Part shown: positions 9,057-16,320 of the stretch, piece by piece | How the letters are laid out: every line of letters begins with the position of its first letter | How positions within the stretch are numbered: the first letter of the stretch is position 1 | Virus record (IMG/VR): IMGVR_UViG_3300047301_000123 | Span: 1 to 49,938 of that record | Direction: 5' to 3' (one strand) | Length of the DNA: 49,938 nt | From: a virus | Lineage: Duplodnaviria; Caudoviricetes | The notes under the pieces: model-generated | Databases searched by the model: none | Seen by the model: the letters and a program-made list of their open reading frames with translations, nothing else | Told to the model about the DNA's origin: nothing | Program-made: the position numbers and the translations under genes

Positions 9057-9341
9057 ATGTACCCTAAAGAGTCGATAATAGAGGCTTACTTCGTCAGGCA
9101 GATGAAGAAAGCCTTTCCACAAGCCCAAGTACACAAGTATGAGATACGACGCGGGGAACCGGATCGTATCTGCCTTTTACCTGGAGGCATAGCTTTGTTT
9201 GTGGAGTTAAAACGCCCAGGGGCTAAACCAAGACCTGAGCAAATAAGAGCACTGGATAGGTTGGATCGGTTAGGTTTTACCGCAGTGTGGCTTTCAACCA
9301 AAAAAGAAGTAGATTTATTCGTCGTGGAGCTAATTATATGA
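9057..9341 (+). CDS. VRR-NUC domain nuclease
   Basis: ESIIE, GEPDRI, FVELKRPG, PRPEQ motifs. Confidence 0.9.
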   Translation: MYPKESIIEAYFVRQMKKAFPQAQVHKYEIRRGEPDRICLLPGGIALFVELKRPGAKPRPEQIRALDRLDRLGFTAVWLSTKKEVDLFVVELII

Positions 9342-9571
9342 AAAACCCAGCTATCAACCCGCCAAATTTACTGAATGGCTTCACCGAGCAGTTACGGGAT
9401 AATTGCTCTTTAGGGGAAGGAGGCATGGCTAAAGTAATACTGAGGGATACCACCCACGAGTACGTTAAGTATGTGTTTGGGTTTGGATTCGAAACAAAAG
9501 GCAGGGTGTTATCATGGGGTAATGCCGGAATAAGCAAAAACGGGTATAGAAAAGATATGGCGGAATTATGA
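9338..9571 (+). CDS. Hypothetical protein, paralog A (MKNPA...)
   Basis: ATGA overlap with VRR-NUC; similar to the next ORF. Confidence 0.65.
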   Translation: MKNPAINPPNLLNGFTEQLRDNCSLGEGGMAKVILRDTTHEYVKYVFGFGFETKGRVLSWGNAGISKNGYRKDMAEL

Positions 9572-9801
9572 AAAACCCAGCTACGCAAATAACACCGCAA
9601 ATAAATAACTTCACCGAAAGGCTGAAGGAAATTAGCAAGGATAAACCGGTTTTATGTCAACTACGGGTAGGATTTTCGGAAGTGATGTATGTCCCAGAAG
9701 AAGACGGCTTACCGGAAGGCTTCCGTTTTAACGATAAATCCTGGTCCATCGACGGTTTAAGTCGTCAACGACCAGCACAAGATATTGTGAGAATAGTATG
9801 A
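9568..9801 (+). CDS. Hypothetical protein, paralog B (MKNPA...)
   Basis: ATGA overlaps on both sides; similar to the previous ORF. Confidence 0.65.
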   Translation: MKNPATQITPQINNFTERLKEISKDKPVLCQLRVGFSEVMYVPEEDGLPEGFRFNDKSWSIDGLSRQRPAQDIVRIV

Positions 9802-10226
9802 ACCCTTTAAAATTCATACCTGTAGCACAAGCATTGGCAAGCCTATCTAAAGACCCTTCAACCAAAGTTGGGGCGATGGCCTTCGATGCTAAAGGAAACG
9901 TCCTGAGCGTCGGGTTTAACGGCTTCCCTCGCGGCGTGGAAGATACTAAAGAGCGATACGAAAATCGTGCTGAAAAATTGCGTTTGGTCAGCCATGCGGA
10001 AGCAAATGTGATCGCACAGGCCGCTCGCGTCGGCGCTAAACTGGAAGGCGCCAGCCTGCTAGTCACCGCCTTATACCCCTGCTCCACTTGCGCTAAGTTG
10101 ATCATCCAGTCGGGCATAAAGAAGGTTTATGCCCCCGTAACGGAGAATGACAGCAAATGGTTCGAAGAGCGCGAGGTAGCGATGCTGCTGTTTAGTGAAG
10201 CAGAGGTAGAAGTCCATGAATACTAA
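9798..10226 (+). CDS. dCMP deaminase
   Basis: SKDPSTKVGA, GFNGFPRG, HAEAN, PCSTC zinc motifs. Confidence 0.95.
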   Translation: MNPLKFIPVAQALASLSKDPSTKVGAMAFDAKGNVLSVGFNGFPRGVEDTKERYENRAEKLRLVSHAEANVIAQAARVGAKLEGASLLVTALYPCSTCAKLIIQSGIKKVYAPVTENDSKWFEEREVAMLLFSEAEVEVHEY

Positions 10227-10346
10227 AAAAGAACAAAAACAAAAGTTGATGGAAGCTATCCAAGCCGCCATCAACAATGTGCAGGGTGACTACAAAGCTA
10301 AGATTAACAAGTCACCAGCTTTTATAAACTCTAGGAGTCCGAAGAT

Positions 10347-10466
10347 ATGAGCGACGGCGGAAAAGGCAGCAAACAACGGCCTACCAATCAGGAAAAATTT
10401 AATGCTAATTGGGAGCGTATATTCGGAGGGAAGAAAAAATGTCCAGACAACAAAAAGCCTGCGTAG
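10347..10466 (+). CDS. Tiny phage protein (39 aa, MSDGGKGSKQRP...NWERIFG)
   Basis: AGGAG RBS; translated by hand; resembles a recurrent small phage peptide. Confidence 0.55.
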   Translation: MSDGGKGSKQRPTNQEKFNANWERIFGGKKKCPDNKKPA

Positions 10467-10615
10467 TCATTATCGCTCTTGGTCTCGCCTTCACAGGCTA
10501 TGCCTATGACGTGATTGAAAAATACCCAACACCAGACATCGAGCAGTATTACAAACGCTACGGCGGTGGAGTGGTAAATACCGACAGGGGCATGATTGCC
10601 GGAGACATAGAATGA
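10439..10615 (+). CDS. Small protein with N-terminal signal or TM segment
   Basis: GGAGG RBS; ACVVIIALGLAFTGYA. Confidence 0.6.
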   Translation: MSRQQKACVVIIALGLAFTGYAYDVIEKYPTPDIEQYYKRYGGGVVNTDRGMIAGDIE

Positions 10616-10782
10616 ACTGTGAACATGTTTTTGATGACCGGGACATCTGCACGAAGTGTTTCATGACCGAAGCTGAAGTCCGTTGGTGGCCGACGTTGGA
10701 TGATATAAATAGGGCTACCATCATGAATCAGGTTAAGAACCGGACGCCGCGTAGGGTACCTACCGTGGACGAGTTGATATGA
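10612..10782 (+). CDS. DUF1289-like Cys-rich small protein (56 aa), not in the ORF track
   Basis: C...DDRDICTKCFMTEAEVRWWPTLDD pattern; GGAG RBS; ATGA overlaps. Confidence 0.6.
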   Translation: MNCEHVFDDRDICTKCFMTEAEVRWWPTLDDINRATIMNQVKNRTPRRVPTVDELI

Positions 10783-11282
10783 TTACTTTAATGCAGGGTG
10801 ACTGCTTGAGTGAAATGGCTAATATTCCTGATGGTAGCGTGTTTATCCGAATTTCAGGTAAAACTTCAGGGCGGGGTGTTAGACCGGATTTAATAGGTAG
10901 AGAAGCGGGGGCAAACACCAATAAGCGTTACCGGCGTATTATGGTGGATGGGGTTAGGTACCAAGCCCACAGGCTATCCTGGTTCTATGTATACGGCGTT
11001 TGGCCTAAAGGGGTAATAGACCATAAATTCCATGACACCCATGATAACAGGATGTCACGTATCAGGGATGTCACCGAATCTGAAAACTCTCAGAATAGAG
11101 TAAAAGGGTGGGGAACTGTAGATTTTTTAGGGGTAGATTTTCACACCCCACCCGGTAAATACAGGGCCAGGATAAAAGCAAACGGGGTTACTAAACTACT
11201 GGGACATTTTTCTACTCCTGAAGAAGCGTATGCTGTATGTGTAGTAGCTAAAAGAGAGTTGCACCCAACATGCATGTTATAG
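10779..11282 (+). CDS. Chimeric ORF: DNA methyltransferase N-terminal stub fused to an HNH endonuclease
   Basis: MITLMQGDCLSEMANIPDGSV followed by AHRLSWFYVYGVWP, IDH, DNR, EN.QN, LGHFSTPEEA. Confidence 0.75.
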   Translation: MITLMQGDCLSEMANIPDGSVFIRISGKTSGRGVRPDLIGREAGANTNKRYRRIMVDGVRYQAHRLSWFYVYGVWPKGVIDHKFHDTHDNRMSRIRDVTESENSQNRVKGWGTVDFLGVDFHTPPGKYRARIKANGVTKLLGHFSTPEEAYAVCVVAKRELHPTCML

Positions 11283-12706
11283 TAAGTAAGCCTTTTACGC
11301 CCAGAGGTGAATTTCAAACAGCCGGTACCCAATTCCTACTGCGTAACGACCGTGCCAATATGTTTGTAGAGATGGGTTTAGGGAAAACTATTATGGTGCT
11401 TAACGCTCTGGATGTGATGATTCGGTGTGGGGACGTGGAAAAGTTCCTGGTCATAGCTCCTCTACGGGTAGCCCGTACTACATGGATAGCAGAAACGAAG
11501 AAATGGGACCACTTAAACCACATAAAAATAGTGTCAATAACCGGTAACCAAAAAGAGCGTTTAGAAGCCCTTAAGACTGATGCTGACGGTTACTGCATAA
11601 ACTACGAGAATTTACCTTGGTTAGCAGGCCTGTTTCGAAACAAAAAATGGCCGTTCAAGACCATCATCGCCGATGAGTCCAGCAAGTTGAAGTCACATAG
11701 GTCGCATTGGAGAGCTTTAAAAACAGGGGGTAACAGCCTGGTATGTACTGGCGGTCTTAGAACCAGTTCTCTAGCCCCGTTTGCCTTCAAGAATACTCGG
11801 CGCTTCTGGAACCTAACAGGCACCCCAGCCAGCAAGGGGTTAGACGACCTTTGGGGGCAACAGTTTTTTATAGACGGTGGACAATCGCTAGGCAATACCT
11901 ATGGCGCTTTCGATTCCCGCTGGTTCAGGACTGATCCGTTTACGCGGATCAAAGAAATGTTTGCACATTCGGAAGGCGAGATAAGAAAAGCCATTGCGCC
12001 TACGACTTTTGCCTTACGAGCAAAAGACTACATGGAGTTGGGCGAGGAGCTAGTAAACACCATCTATGTTGATTTGCCCCCTAAAGCCCGTATGCAATAC
12101 AACCAAATGGAGGAGGAACTTTGTATTGAAATAGAAAATGGCGAAGTGGAAGCTTTCAATGCGGGTGCCAAAACCATGAAAGTCCACCAGATCGCTAACG
12201 GTTTTATAATACATGGTGAAGAAGGAGAGTGGGAAGCGTTACACGATGCAAAACTAGATGCTCTGGCCGATATAGTAGAAGAAGCAGCCGGTATGCCGAT
12301 CTTGGTTTGCTACACCTTTAAAGCAGACCTCGCAAGACTTAAAAAAGCCTTTCCACAAGGGGTGGCCTTCGATACCAAACCGAAGACTGAAGCTGCCTTT
12401 AAAGCGGGTAAAATACCCATCTTGTTTATACACCCTGCGAGTGGTGGACACGGCGTAGACGGATTTCAGGACGTTACTAACATAATCGTGTTCTTTTCTG
12501 TTGACTGGAGTTGGGAGCTTCATGCACAGGTTACAGCCAGAATTGGAGCAGTTAGACAGCTGCAGGCTGGGTTTAAAAGACCTGTATTCATACACCAAAT
12601 AATTGCCAAGGACACAGTTGATGAAGACATATTAAATAGGCTTGAATCTAAAATGACGATAGAAAATGCACTAAAACGTGGACTAGCAAAGAGAGGGTTA
12701 AAATAA
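11270..12706 (+). CDS. SNF2-family helicase
   Basis: EMGLGKT, IAPLRVA, DESS, LTGTP, HQIANG, HPASGGHG. Confidence 0.93.
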   Translation: MHVIVSKPFTPRGEFQTAGTQFLLRNDRANMFVEMGLGKTIMVLNALDVMIRCGDVEKFLVIAPLRVARTTWIAETKKWDHLNHIKIVSITGNQKERLEALKTDADGYCINYENLPWLAGLFRNKKWPFKTIIADESSKLKSHRSHWRALKTGGNSLVCTGGLRTSSLAPFAFKNTRRFWNLTGTPASKGLDDLWGQQFFIDGGQSLGNTYGAFDSRWFRTDPFTRIKEMFAHSEGEIRKAIAPTTFALRAKDYMELGEELVNTIYVDLPPKARMQYNQMEEELCIEIENGEVEAFNAGAKTMKVHQIANGFIIHGEEGEWEALHDAKLDALADIVEEAAGMPILVCYTFKADLARLKKAFPQGVAFDTKPKTEAAFKAGKIPILFIHPASGGHGVDGFQDVTNIIVFFSVDWSWELHAQVTARIGAVRQLQAGFKRPVFIHQIIAKDTVDEDILNRLESKMTIENALKRGLAKRGLK

Positions 12707-13515
12707 TGAATTCTAACGTACTTATCCTTCGGCACGGAAACTGTTCCGACGGAGCTGGCGCTGCCTATGCAGCATGGAAAAAGTTCGGCGACAGTGCCGA
12801 ATATGTCGAAGTCCACTATGGGAACCCCCCTCCCGATGTCACAGGGCGAGAGGTGTATATCCTGGACTTCAGCTATAAACGTGATGTCCTTATCGAGATG
12901 CACAGTAAGGCAAAAAGTTTGTTAGTCCTGGATCACCACCTTACCGCGCAAGCCGACTTGGAAGGTTTGGACTTCGCTGTTTTCGATATGGACCGTTCAG
13001 GTTGCGTCATGGCCTGGGAACACTTCCACCCTTACTCGCCAACCCCTTTAGGACTGGCACTGATCCAGGACCGTGATTTATGGCGTTTTATAGACCCATT
13101 GACGCGACCTTTCGGAGCAGCACTTAGGGCTTTTGTTACCAGCGATTTTAATGACTGGGACCGCAATATGTGGGCTGATGACGCTACCGTTTTGGCCGAT
13201 AGAGGGGGAGATTTACTCATGGTTGCCGACCAGGAAGTAGCGGCACTGGTAAAAAGGGCGCACCCTATAAACATAGATGGCTTTGTAGGATCGGCATGCA
13301 ATGCACCGACAAAACACGCTTCAGACCTTGGTAACGCCCTAGCTAAGCTGTCCGGTACTTTCGGCCTGGTCTATTCCTACGATGGAAATACGAAAGAGTG
13401 GCAGTATTCGCTTCGATCTATCGGCGATTTCGATGTTTCTGTGTTGGCTAAAGCCTACGGTGGGGGAGGGCATAAAAATGCGTCAGGGTTTTCTACTAAG
13501 GAGTTAGCAGCATGA
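12706..13515 (+). CDS. DHH/DHHA1 family phosphoesterase
   Basis: HGNCSDG, ILDFS, LDHH, QDRDLW, SLRS, GGGGHKNASGF. Confidence 0.92.
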   Translation: MNSNVLILRHGNCSDGAGAAYAAWKKFGDSAEYVEVHYGNPPPDVTGREVYILDFSYKRDVLIEMHSKAKSLLVLDHHLTAQADLEGLDFAVFDMDRSGCVMAWEHFHPYSPTPLGLALIQDRDLWRFIDPLTRPFGAALRAFVTSDFNDWDRNMWADDATVLADRGGDLLMVADQEVAALVKRAHPINIDGFVGSACNAPTKHASDLGNALAKLSGTFGLVYSYDGNTKEWQYSLRSIGDFDVSVLAKAYGGGGHKNASGFSTKELAA

Positions 13516-13937
13516 ATCCGGCAGATACTTGTAACGGCGGCATCTACGAGAAGGACAACCACAGTGGGCCAGACGGAATTTGTGATGGGTGCATATTCGC
13601 TCGCCCGAACAAAGAGTGTAGCAATGCTTATGCTGACAGGCCAAAAGGCATAAAAATGGCTGCACAAGAAGAACAGCCCCTCACCGAGCATAAATCCGCT
13701 TTTCAACCGAAGGAAACTAAGATGACCAAACCAGCACTCGGCGTACAAGAAGGCGGCGACCACTATAAGACTATGAAAATACAACCGGTGGAGTATATCC
13801 ATGCCAACGGACTAAGCTTTTGTGAAGGGTCGATTGTAAAATATGTGTCCAGGCACAAAGCCAAAAACGGTAAGCAGGACTTACTCAAAGCTCGCCACTT
13901 TATCGACTTGATTATTGAATTGGAGTACCCAGAGTGA
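13512..13937 (+). CDS. DUF3310 domain protein (T7 gp1.7-like nucleotide kinase family)
   Basis: QEGGDHY, IQPVEYI, FCEGSIVKYVSR, KNGKQDLLKA. Confidence 0.8.
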   Translation: MNPADTCNGGIYEKDNHSGPDGICDGCIFARPNKECSNAYADRPKGIKMAAQEEQPLTEHKSAFQPKETKMTKPALGVQEGGDHYKTMKIQPVEYIHANGLSFCEGSIVKYVSRHKAKNGKQDLLKARHFIDLIIELEYPE

Positions 13938-14158
13938 TCGCACAACTACATATACATTTTAAAACCGGGCCGGCTTTAACCTGGGAAGCTAAGGATGAAG
14001 CACGTAACGACAGTATTAGAGTAGTCGCTGACGGGTTACGAGCATGGATGCGGGATACGGAAGATGAATATTTTCTGGCCGAAGCCCAGGATGGACAGTG
14101 GACGCTGATCATGCGTCGTGAAATAAAACTGATAGAGTTTATCTATGCCGAAGATTGA
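13934..14158 (+). CDS. Hypothetical protein
   Basis: GGAG RBS; GTGA overlap. Confidence 0.6.
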   Translation: MIAQLHIHFKTGPALTWEAKDEARNDSIRVVADGLRAWMRDTEDEYFLAEAQDGQWTLIMRREIKLIEFIYAED

Positions 14159-14585
14159 TAAGAAAATAGTAAGCTATAGGGTAAAAACAGAAAACCCACC
14201 CGCCGTGTACATAGGCATGCACGAAGGCGTCAAACGGTCTGATAAGTTACTGGGAGTCACTTATAAAATTAAAACACCTAAATCAGATCACGCCCTATAC
14301 GTGACCATAAACAATATCGAAATAGAGGGTGTTCAGTACCCTTTCGAGATATTTATAAGCTCAAAAAACATGGATCAGTTCCAGTGGATCATAGCTATTA
14401 CTCGTGTTATGTCAGCCACCTTCCGAAAAGGAGGCGACGTGTCCTTCCTGGTAGAAGAAATGAAGTCTGTTTTTGACCCAGCAGGCGGCTATTTCAAAAA
14501 AGGCGGCCGGTATATGAACTCCACAGTGGCTGAAATAGGCTACATCATTGAGGAACACCTGAATGAAATACATAAGACAACTTAA
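14145..14585 (+). CDS. NrdJb/TSCPD-domain protein (C-terminal part of class II ribonucleotide reductase)
   Basis: KIDKKIVSY, TYKIKTP..HALYVTIN, PFEIFI.SKN, SATFRKGGDV.FLVEE.KSVFDP.GGY. Confidence 0.8.
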   Translation: MPKIDKKIVSYRVKTENPPAVYIGMHEGVKRSDKLLGVTYKIKTPKSDHALYVTINNIEIEGVQYPFEIFISSKNMDQFQWIIAITRVMSATFRKGGDVSFLVEEMKSVFDPAGGYFKKGGRYMNSTVAEIGYIIEEHLNEIHKTT

Positions 14586-14811
14586 CCTGGCAAATCCAGC
14601 ACGGCTATTTGAACTGCAAACAGCGATGATCGAGGCCAGCCTCGCTTTTGAACTAGGCTCTAATTGGAGAACTCCGTTTAGAAAACTGATGAACAAGTAT
14701 CCCGTAGGCTACATGCACCGTGTATCTAGGATGCTGGCCAACACGGATAAAGAGCAAATAAATCGCTTATCTGCAGCTATGGCACTTGACACGGCTAAGC
14801 TACCTATATAG
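14563..14811 (+). CDS. Hypothetical protein
   Basis: GAGGA RBS; ORF track. Confidence 0.55.
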   Translation: MKYIRQLNLANPARLFELQTAMIEASLAFELGSNWRTPFRKLMNKYPVGYMHRVSRMLANTDKEQINRLSAAMALDTAKLPI

Positions 14812-14814
14812 AAT
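14786..14814 (+). promoter_or_regulatory. Near-consensus sigma70 promoter for the non-coding RNA cluster
   Basis: TTGACA-17 nt-TAGAAT; predicted +1 near 14821. Confidence 0.85.
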
Positions 14815-14822
14815 GTTAAGCA

Positions 14823-14917
14823 ACAGTTAGGGAGGCCGGTGCCACCTCGGACCGAAAAAAGGCGGGGGTTGACAAAATTTAACTAAGGGTAAAAAGTTAG
14901 CCTCCTTAACTGTACCA
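14823..14917 (+). ncRNA. Candidate small structured RNA with 14-bp terminal stem and 3' ACCA
   Basis: ACAGTTAGGGAGGC (14823-36) pairs with GCCTCCTTAACTGT (14900-13), then ACCA; starts at the predicted TSS. Confidence 0.55.
14834..14869 (+). repeat. 36-nt direct repeat, copy 1
   Basis: GGCCGGTGCCACCTCGGACCGAAAAAAGGCGGGGGT; 35/36 identical to 15522-15557. Confidence 0.95.
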
Positions 14918-14920
14918 AAT

Positions 14921-15322
14921 CCAGCTCCCTGAGCTTAGAAAGGGGGGTTGGCTACGTGCTCTATACGTAGTAGCAAGGTTTCCGGTGCTATAACCAGGAA
15001 ACACGGTCGAGCCGCCAACTCGCAGCGACATAGCTGAAGATAGGGAATCGCGCACCATTTCCACTCGTAAGGTGGCTAACGCTTAGGACTATCGAATATG
15101 CCTAAAACAGAGAACTGCGGGGACGTAGGACGGACTGATGAAACACGGCTGCTACCCGCCGTCCCAAACTTGGGTAGCACGATCTTTCACCGATGACCCG
15201 AAAGGATCGGAATACTGACATATATCGGTAACTGTCAGGCTAGTGCAGTAGTGACTTCAAAGAAGATTGCGGAGAAGTAAAAAGGGCTGTAACCCACATA
15301 TTCTGACAGCCGGAAAGACGGC
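14921..15322 (+). ncRNA. Candidate large multi-pseudoknot ncRNA (about 400 nt), family unassigned
   Basis: No ORF of 60 aa or more; dense hairpins with G-U pairs; three hairpin loops complementary to upstream segments. Confidence 0.6.
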
Positions 15323-15437
15323 ACCTAATTAAAAGCTTCTGAAGCTCACGGTTGACCTAGTAATTAGGAGCCAACCATTAAGATCGGCTCGATACTGAAA
15401 ATTCAGATGACCGTCAGGAAAGACTGACAACAAATAC

Positions 15438-15511
15438 GCGGGGTTGGCCGAGCGGTTAGGCTTCGGATTTCCAATCCGACCACAGGGTTTCGACTACCCT
15501 ACCCCGCTCCA
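15438..15511 (+). tRNA. tRNA-Gly (anticodon TCC) with encoded CCA
   Basis: Acceptor GCGGGGT/ACCCCGC, U73, CCA; D arm GCCG/AGGC; anticodon arm TCGGA-TTTCCAA-TCCGA; T arm AGGGT-TTCGACT-ACCCT. Confidence 0.95.
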
Positions 15512-15521
15512 AGAACACCAG

Positions 15522-15557
15522 GGCCGGTGCCACCTCGGACCGTAAAAAGGCGGGGGT
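15522..15557 (+). repeat. 36-nt direct repeat, copy 2
   Basis: GGCCGGTGCCACCTCGGACCGTAAAAAGGCGGGGGT, 10 nt after the tRNA CCA. Confidence 0.95.
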
Positions 15558-15700
15558 AGAAATTATCTCGAAATATTTTTTCGTGAAAATGTAAAGATCA
15601 GTCTAGGTAGTGATTTTTAGGCAGAGTTTATGAAGATTTCTCTGCCGATGCCCTGAGGTTGACATTGCTGGAAAGACAGCTAAATTAACGGAGATACACT

Positions 15701-16039
15701 ATGTATTATTTCATGCGTAAAATGGATTCCAATATGGACCTTGTTTTACATAAACTTTCAAAACTGGAGAAAAATATGTCTATTGTTTCTGAGGCTTTAA
15801 AAGCGGCTCACGCCGAACAAGATTTGATCGTCGCTGCGGTTACTTCAATTAACACAATGGTAGCCTCTATCCAAGCTAGCTTGGCAAATGGAGATACTGA
15901 AGCCGCTAGTGCATTGTTGGCGGAAATCCAAGTTAACAGCGAAGCTTTAGTCGCTGCTACCCTGGCCGGAACTGATGCTGCACATCTGGTTGACCCAGTT
16001 GTGGCTGCTCAAGTAGCTGAAGCTGTAGCTGCTGAATAA
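15701..16039 (+). CDS. Ala-rich helical hypothetical protein
   Basis: GGAG RBS before 15701; a second GGAG RBS precedes ATG 15776, a possible internal start. Confidence 0.75.
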   Translation: MYYFMRKMDSNMDLVLHKLSKLEKNMSIVSEALKAAHAEQDLIVAAVTSINTMVASIQASLANGDTEAASALLAEIQVNSEALVAATLAGTDAAHLVDPVVAAQVAEAVAAE

Positions 16040-16320
16040 ACACCTTCTCCCGGTGGTAATACGGCCTTCTTTACGGAGGCGCTGGATAACGTAACCAGCA
16101 CCTACAATAAAGCGCTTTGCTCGTCGGACTTAGAACCGTATATTCAGTTTTCAATTATGACTGCGACATAGTTTTCTCTTGTGGGTTTCCGATTAAACTT
16201 GTGTTCCGGCAGAAATGCGATTTATATACGGGAACGCTCTGATCTTTCGGCCATGCTTGAGCCGGATGCGGAAACGTGGTTTACCGGTGGCCTACAACCC
16301 TAACAAAACGGGAGAAAATA

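Noticed and set aside
14815-14832. GTTAAGC-aaca-GTTAGGG as another attC half-site
   Set aside because: Spacing and L-box orientation do not match the other sites; it is better explained as the TSS and 5' strand of the 14-bp RNA stem.
15135-15205. Hammerhead ribozyme suggested by CTGATGA
   Set aside because: No stem II followed by GAAA at the required spacing, and no matching stems I and III found.
14921-15322. tmRNA suggested by serial pseudoknots
   Set aside because: No tRNA-Ala-like acceptor with G3-U70, no T arm plus CCA end, and no evident tag reading frame.
14834-15557. CRISPR array suggested by two 36-nt repeats and a Cas4-like gene
   Set aside because: Only two copies, about 650 nt apart, with a tRNA between them; DUF2800 is a standard replication-module nuclease.
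15512-15570. HDV-like (theta) ribozyme after the tRNA
   Set aside because: The position and the GGCCGG...CCTCG sequence are suggestive, but I could not build P1, P2, P3 and J4/2 in HDV order.
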